Shown here in pieces: positions 59,002-64,000 of a stretch of 64,000 nt of DNA (its first letter is position 1; each line of letters starts with the position of its first letter). This DNA is from the human T2T-CHM13v2.0 reference genome, Homo sapiens. A program made the translations under genes and the position numbers. The stretch lies in the NCBI RefSeq assembly GCF_009914755.1, contig NC_060926.1; one strand, 5' to 3'. The notes beneath the pieces are model-generated. The model did not search any database. It saw nothing but the letters and a program-made list of their open reading frames with translations, and was not told where the DNA came from.

Positions 59002-60489
59002 TCACTTGACCACCTTCTCTGGTTCAAGTCATCATTTTGTACAATTTTAGCAAACTTAGCAAAGTCTGGTGCTGCAACCAGAGTCTGCCCTGTGCTTTTG
59101 GAAATAATGGAAAAAATAAGCAGTTGTGGCAGAAATTTGAAAAGTAAGGGTTTTTTGTTCCTTTTTTTTCTTCTTTTTTTTTCGTTTCTTCGAGCCTCTG
59201 GGCACTTTGAAATATTCTCAAAATAGGGAAAAATTGTATACATATTTGGAATATTCATGTTTTTAGTTAGACCCTCCTTTATAGCACCATCCATTCTGCC
59301 TTACGTATTTGGCATTGATGTAGTTTTAAAAATAAATTTGATGTTGACTTGTAAGTATTAAAATTTAATCTACTTCCTTCCGGGGCCATAATTCTCTACT
59401 TTGTTGTCCTTGGTTACCTTGGCAATCCCATTGCTGTCATAAGCACAGGGTTCTAACTGCAGGGGTGGGGTGAGCATCTGGGCCTGCAGGCTCCCAGGGG
59501 CCCTGCCGTCCATGGGACCAGACCCCTCCTAGCAGCAACAGTGGGAACCAGGGCTACGTGCTTTTTGGCAAGAATGTGATTCTGAATGTTAGCCCTTTGT
59601 GACTTGTTTGAAAAACAGTTCCTCCAAGTCCCCAGAACAGATTATTGCTGTCTTCAGAAGGACATCACCTTCTTGCCCAGAGCATTCATGTTTTTGGAAG
59701 TGAGCCTTGATGGGTCAAACAGGGCCACCTTTTAAACTGTGTTCTGAAATTTGAATTTCAGAAAATTTTGAATCACTTAAGGAAGCAGCCATTTTCTCTT
59801 CATATGTGAGCCTTCCTCCCTGCCCCCTGGTGAATGCTGAATTCAGTTTCTTTCTTAGGCTCAAGAGTAGAAGTACTGATGCCACTCCTCACGGGTTCCA
59901 GGTCCTGCCATGCACTCAGGATTCCTGAGTCCTTCAGTGTGCTGGGCTGTGTGTGAGGTGGCAGGAATAGAACACCAAGAAGAATATGTCCTCTCTTTGG
60001 AGGGACCTACAGTCCAGCAAGAGGAACAGAATCCTGTAAACAAATCAGTGCAGTAAAATCTGAGGACCACATCTGTAGGAATGCTTGGAGTCCTGTGGAT
60101 GTGCAAGGGTGCAGGTGGTCCCAGGGCGTGGGGCTGTGGTGAGGGAGGGCCTTATATGATGTCGTACCGTTGAGTCTTGAAGTCCAGGCAGTTACCTGTG
60201 GGTTACCAAATGCTAAGGCACTAAGCTGGTTCATTCTGGTCTTCTGTACCTGCCTCCCTGCCTTAGGTAAATATTGATCTACTCCTGAGGTGGTGGCCAG
60301 CTCGGCGTCTGCGGTAGGATTTTCACAGTCACCTGGTCTCTAGAGGGCTGCTCAGACCAAGAATTTGGGGTGATCCTCAATTCTTCCCATGCACCCCACG
60401 TTTCCAGGCACCGGTGCCTTCCTTTGTGGAGCATATACATGCATTCCAGGCCCGCACTGTCTGATGAGGCAGCCTAAGACAAATCCAGC

Positions 60490-60830
60490 TCTCAGCCGCC
60501 ACATTGCAAGTACTCAGTAGCCACACGTGGCTGGTGGCTACCATATTGGCTCAGCAACCACCGGGAGAGCCATCACCTGGAAACTTGCTGAAATGCAGAG
60601 CCCCGGGTTCCACCCAGGACAATTTTTACAGCATCTCCACGTACACCACAGGCACGTGAGAGCTTGCGAAGCACTGTTCGAGACGGAACCCCGGCTGCAC
60701 ACTGGAGTTGCTTGGGCGTTTGTGAAGCAGAGCTGCCTGGCTCCACTCCCTAAAATTCTGACTTAAATTAGTCTGGGTGGGGCTTCGAGCCTTGGCATTT
60801 TTTAAAGCCTCCTCCCAAATAGGGTTGATA
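60490..60830. mobile_element. MER3- and MER5A-like hAT fragments
   Basis: GCCACATTGCAAGTACTCAGTAGCCACACGTGGCTGGTGGCTACCATATTGG; CATCACCTGGAAACTTGCTGAAATGCAGA. Confidence 0.6.
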
Positions 60831-60869
60831 ATCACTGATAAACAGACAGTTACGTAACAACCTTAGGCA

Positions 60870-61420
60870 GTTGATACGTGCTGTAAAGGAAAGTCATGCA
60901 TAACATGGGGATAGAAAGTGGTTCTGGAGATCAGGAAACCGAAATCAGGAAAAGCCTCTCTGCAGAGGTGACATTTGAGCAGGCTGGAATGCAGAGAGGA
61001 AGCCAGCCACAGAAGATGTGGGAATAGAACAGCTTGGGAAAAGGCCCTGAAATGCCAATGGGCGGGATCATGGAAGGACTGAAGGAAGGTCAGGGTGTGT
61101 GGGGAGGAGTGGGCGAGGAAGAGAAGGATGAGAGACGGGCAGAGGGGTGGGCAGTGCCAGGTCACAGAGGGCCTTGTCCATCTTGGGGAAGGAATTTGGA
61201 TTTTGTTCTAGTGTGATGGGAAGCTGTTGAAGGGTTTTGAGCAGGGAATAACATGGTCCGATATCCATTTTAAAGACTTCACTGTGGTTCTAGGGAAAAC
61301 AGACTAGCAGGGCATGAAAGGAAAGAGGGAGACCAGTTGTGGGGTGAGGGGCTATTGCAGTCATCTAGGCAAGAGGTCTTGGATGAGGAGGTAGCAGGGG
61401 GGGTGGTGGTAAGTGGCCTG
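60870..61420 (-). mobile_element. L2 fragment
   Basis: TCAGGAAAAGCCTCTCTGCAGAGGTGACATTTGAGC..GGGAAGCTGTTGAAGGGTTTTGAGCAGG. Confidence 0.75.
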
Positions 61421-62002
61421 ATTGAGGTCCATTGTACAAGAAGAGGGGTCCAAACCTACTGATGGATTGTCATTATTGTGTGCTAGTGGCATAGAGGTAG
61501 ACCCAATAGAACTCCTGCCCCAAACAGGGCAACAGCCAAGCTCAGTTCATCCAAGCCCCCTGAACAGACCTTCCAGCATCCCCATGGTGAAGCTGTTGCT
61601 GTCTAGAGCTACTTAGTGTCAGAATCCAGGCCAGCTCTGTGCTGCTTGATGTGACTGGTTATAGGACTTGTGTTGGGACCAGTTCCAGGGTCAATCAAGG
61701 AAAGATTGAAGCATAGCTGCATAGACTGGGGCCCAGGGAAAGAGAGAAGCATGGCTGCATAGACTGAGACTGAGGGATCTGCTCATGCGACCCTCTGCTG
61801 TTTCTATGCAGACTACAGCAGGTGATACTTATGGGCATTGTCAGATGCCTGGGATGCTATCCCCATTTCAGCTCCCCAAACACTCCTCTTTCTTTCCCTA
61901 CTAAAGAGAGGTGACGTTCCGTGATATGAACCTACCTCCTTTGCTTACGCCTTTTCTGTGTAATGTGGCCTCCAAGTGGATTGCTAGGGCCCTTCCAGGT
62001 AC

Positions 62003-62378
<376 letters not shown>

Positions 62379-62544
62379 TAAACAGACTACCAACCCGAGC
62401 TGGAATACTTGGGCTGTATTTTTATGATGATGGTCATTTCTATGAAGGGATTTGACTGATTTAGTTTCTTCACTCATAAATGTATATTGGGCCCCTACCG
62501 TATGTTGTCACTGCCAGGTGCCAGGGATGTAAAAGTGGACAGGA

Positions 62545-62579
62545 TGGCCTGGACGTCTAAAAAAAAAAAAAAAAAAAAA
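62545..62579 (+). mobile_element. Minimal retroposon remnant: TGGCCTGGACGTCT + A21 between TSDs
   Basis: AAAAGTGGACAGGA (62531-62544) and AAAAGTGAACAGGA (62576-62589). Confidence 0.7.
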
Positions 62580-62654
62580 GTGAACAGGACTAGCTCCTTC
62601 CTTAGAAAGCACTTAATAGTCTCATGTTTTATGTGCAGTTCTGTTTCATCCTTT

Positions 62655-63410
62655 TAACCTTGTTTGTGCCATGGCTCCCTTTGACACTCTGGCGAAGGTG
62701 ATCTGCCTCTTCAGAAAAATGTTTTAATGCAGAGAACAAAATAAGATTCCGAAGGAAACTAATCACAGTCATGCATTGCTTAATGACGAACATGCATCGT
62801 TAAGATTTCTTCATTGTGCGAACATCCTAGAGTGCACTTACACACACCCAGATGGCATGCAGGCACCTAGGCTATATATTAAGAGCCTATTGCTCCTAGG
62901 CTGCAAACCTTACAGCATGCCACTGTGTTGAATACCGTGGTAACTGCGACACAGTTACAGTATTTATGTATGGTATTTGTGTATCTAAACATAGAAAAGA
63001 CAGTAAAAATCCCTCTTATAATCTTATGAGAGGTCGTCTGTGTGGTTCATTGTTGACTGAAATGTCACTATGTGGAGCACGACTGTATATTGAAATTCAG
63101 TTAGGAGAATATTTTAAAAATTTTTACCATGCTCATAATGCTTCTTTACTAAAGCATTTAATAACAAGATTTACTGGTGGGTCTAACAAATACCTTAATT
63201 TTGAGGTATTGATGAATATAAACAATACGAGATATTTCTAATAAAGATAATGTAATGTTCATATCTTTTATTGCAAGTATTGATAATATTACCATGTGTT
63301 GCTTACATTTGTAATTGAAAGATACGATAAATTTCAGTTAGACCCTAATGAAAATACAGATAATTTTTTTTTTCCAATCCAAGTTTATGGACCCCCTGGA
63401 TTCAGACAGA
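62655..63410. mobile_element. MER119-like hAT element interrupted by Tigger3
   Basis: CCCTTTGACACTCTGG..AAGGAAACTAAT | TATTGAAATTCAGTTA..ATCCAAGTTTATGGACCCCCTG. Confidence 0.55.
62766..63085 (+). mobile_element. Tigger3a (MER7A)
   Basis: CAGTCATGC...GCACGACTG-TA TIRs; GCCTATTGCTCCTAGGCTGCAAACC. Confidence 0.82.
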
Positions 63411-64000
63411 GAATTCCAGGCTTGATGGTAAGATTTGTTTAGCTAGTTTTTTTTTTTTTTTTTGGAGTGATGGATTCTTTAACCACTCTGTTTGTTAAAT
63501 ATAATTATTATATTTCATAATTATTATACTGTCCTTGCCATGAATTGGTTCTAAGAGTCTAGCTGAGAAGAGTTGCACCCTAGGCCAGTGTTAGAATTAT
63601 GAGGCGCTAAAGGTGTTTAGAAGCGCTCTTGGCGGGGAGCCATCCACTGTGGTTTTACATCCGTGGGGTGCCCTCTGTTCTTTCAGGGTTATGGCTTGGC
63701 AGCTTCTCATCTGATCCCACAGGTCAGTTCATATACTTGTGCATGCCTCAAGAGTTCAGCAGAGCTGCAAATTGGACCTTCTGAGTCCTGTAATTAGGAT
63801 TCTGAGCTGGGTAGGTCCTACAACCCAGCTCTCCTATTTGTGCCTTTCTTGTTTGTGTCACACGGCATGTACTGCCTTTGACTCTGCAGGGCAAGTTCCA
63901 TTGTGAAGCACCAGAAGATTCATGGGCACCACCTACCCAGAATTTTAAGGGAGACTTTGCAGTGTGTGTTATTTTCAGTGAGGGTATGGATTTGAAATGC

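Overview
Human genomic DNA. It carries about 40 Alus, including a human-specific AluYb8, and matches the region upstream of and within the 5' end of ASAP2 (2p25.1). The only credible protein-coding sequence is ASAP2 coding exon 1 (54891-55016, + strand, MPDQISVSEFVAETHEDYKAPTASSFTTRTAQCRNTVAAIEE), which lies in a ~1.6 kb CpG-island promoter. The window ends ~9 kb into intron 1. The preceding ~54 kb is repeat-dense intergenic DNA: Alu, L1M/L1PA, L2, MIR, solo LTRs (MER41B, LTR8, MER4, THE1, MST, MLT1, LTR16) and DNA transposons (MADE1, MER5A, MER20, MER46C, MER58B, MER63, Tigger3, MER119). All other ORFs in the track are repeat or GC-content artefacts. I found no evidence of a new gene system. 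The most notable observations: (1) a full-length MER41B LTR keeps both tandem GAS/STAT1 motifs and is a candidate interferon-inducible enhancer ~38 kb upstream of ASAP2; (2) a 156-bp local duplicate of that LTR's integration junction; (3) a separate polyadenylated MER41 3'-end retrocopy; (4) a near-pristine AluYb8 4.6 kb upstream of the ATG; (5) very closely spaced inverted Alu pairs, one inside intron 1; (6) a 'ghost' Alu reduced to ~14 nt plus poly(A) between intact target-site duplications (TSDs); (7) an in-frame alternative 5' splice donor after exon 1. Repeat subfamily names come from recalled consensus sequences, not from a database search, and boundaries of old repeats are approximate.
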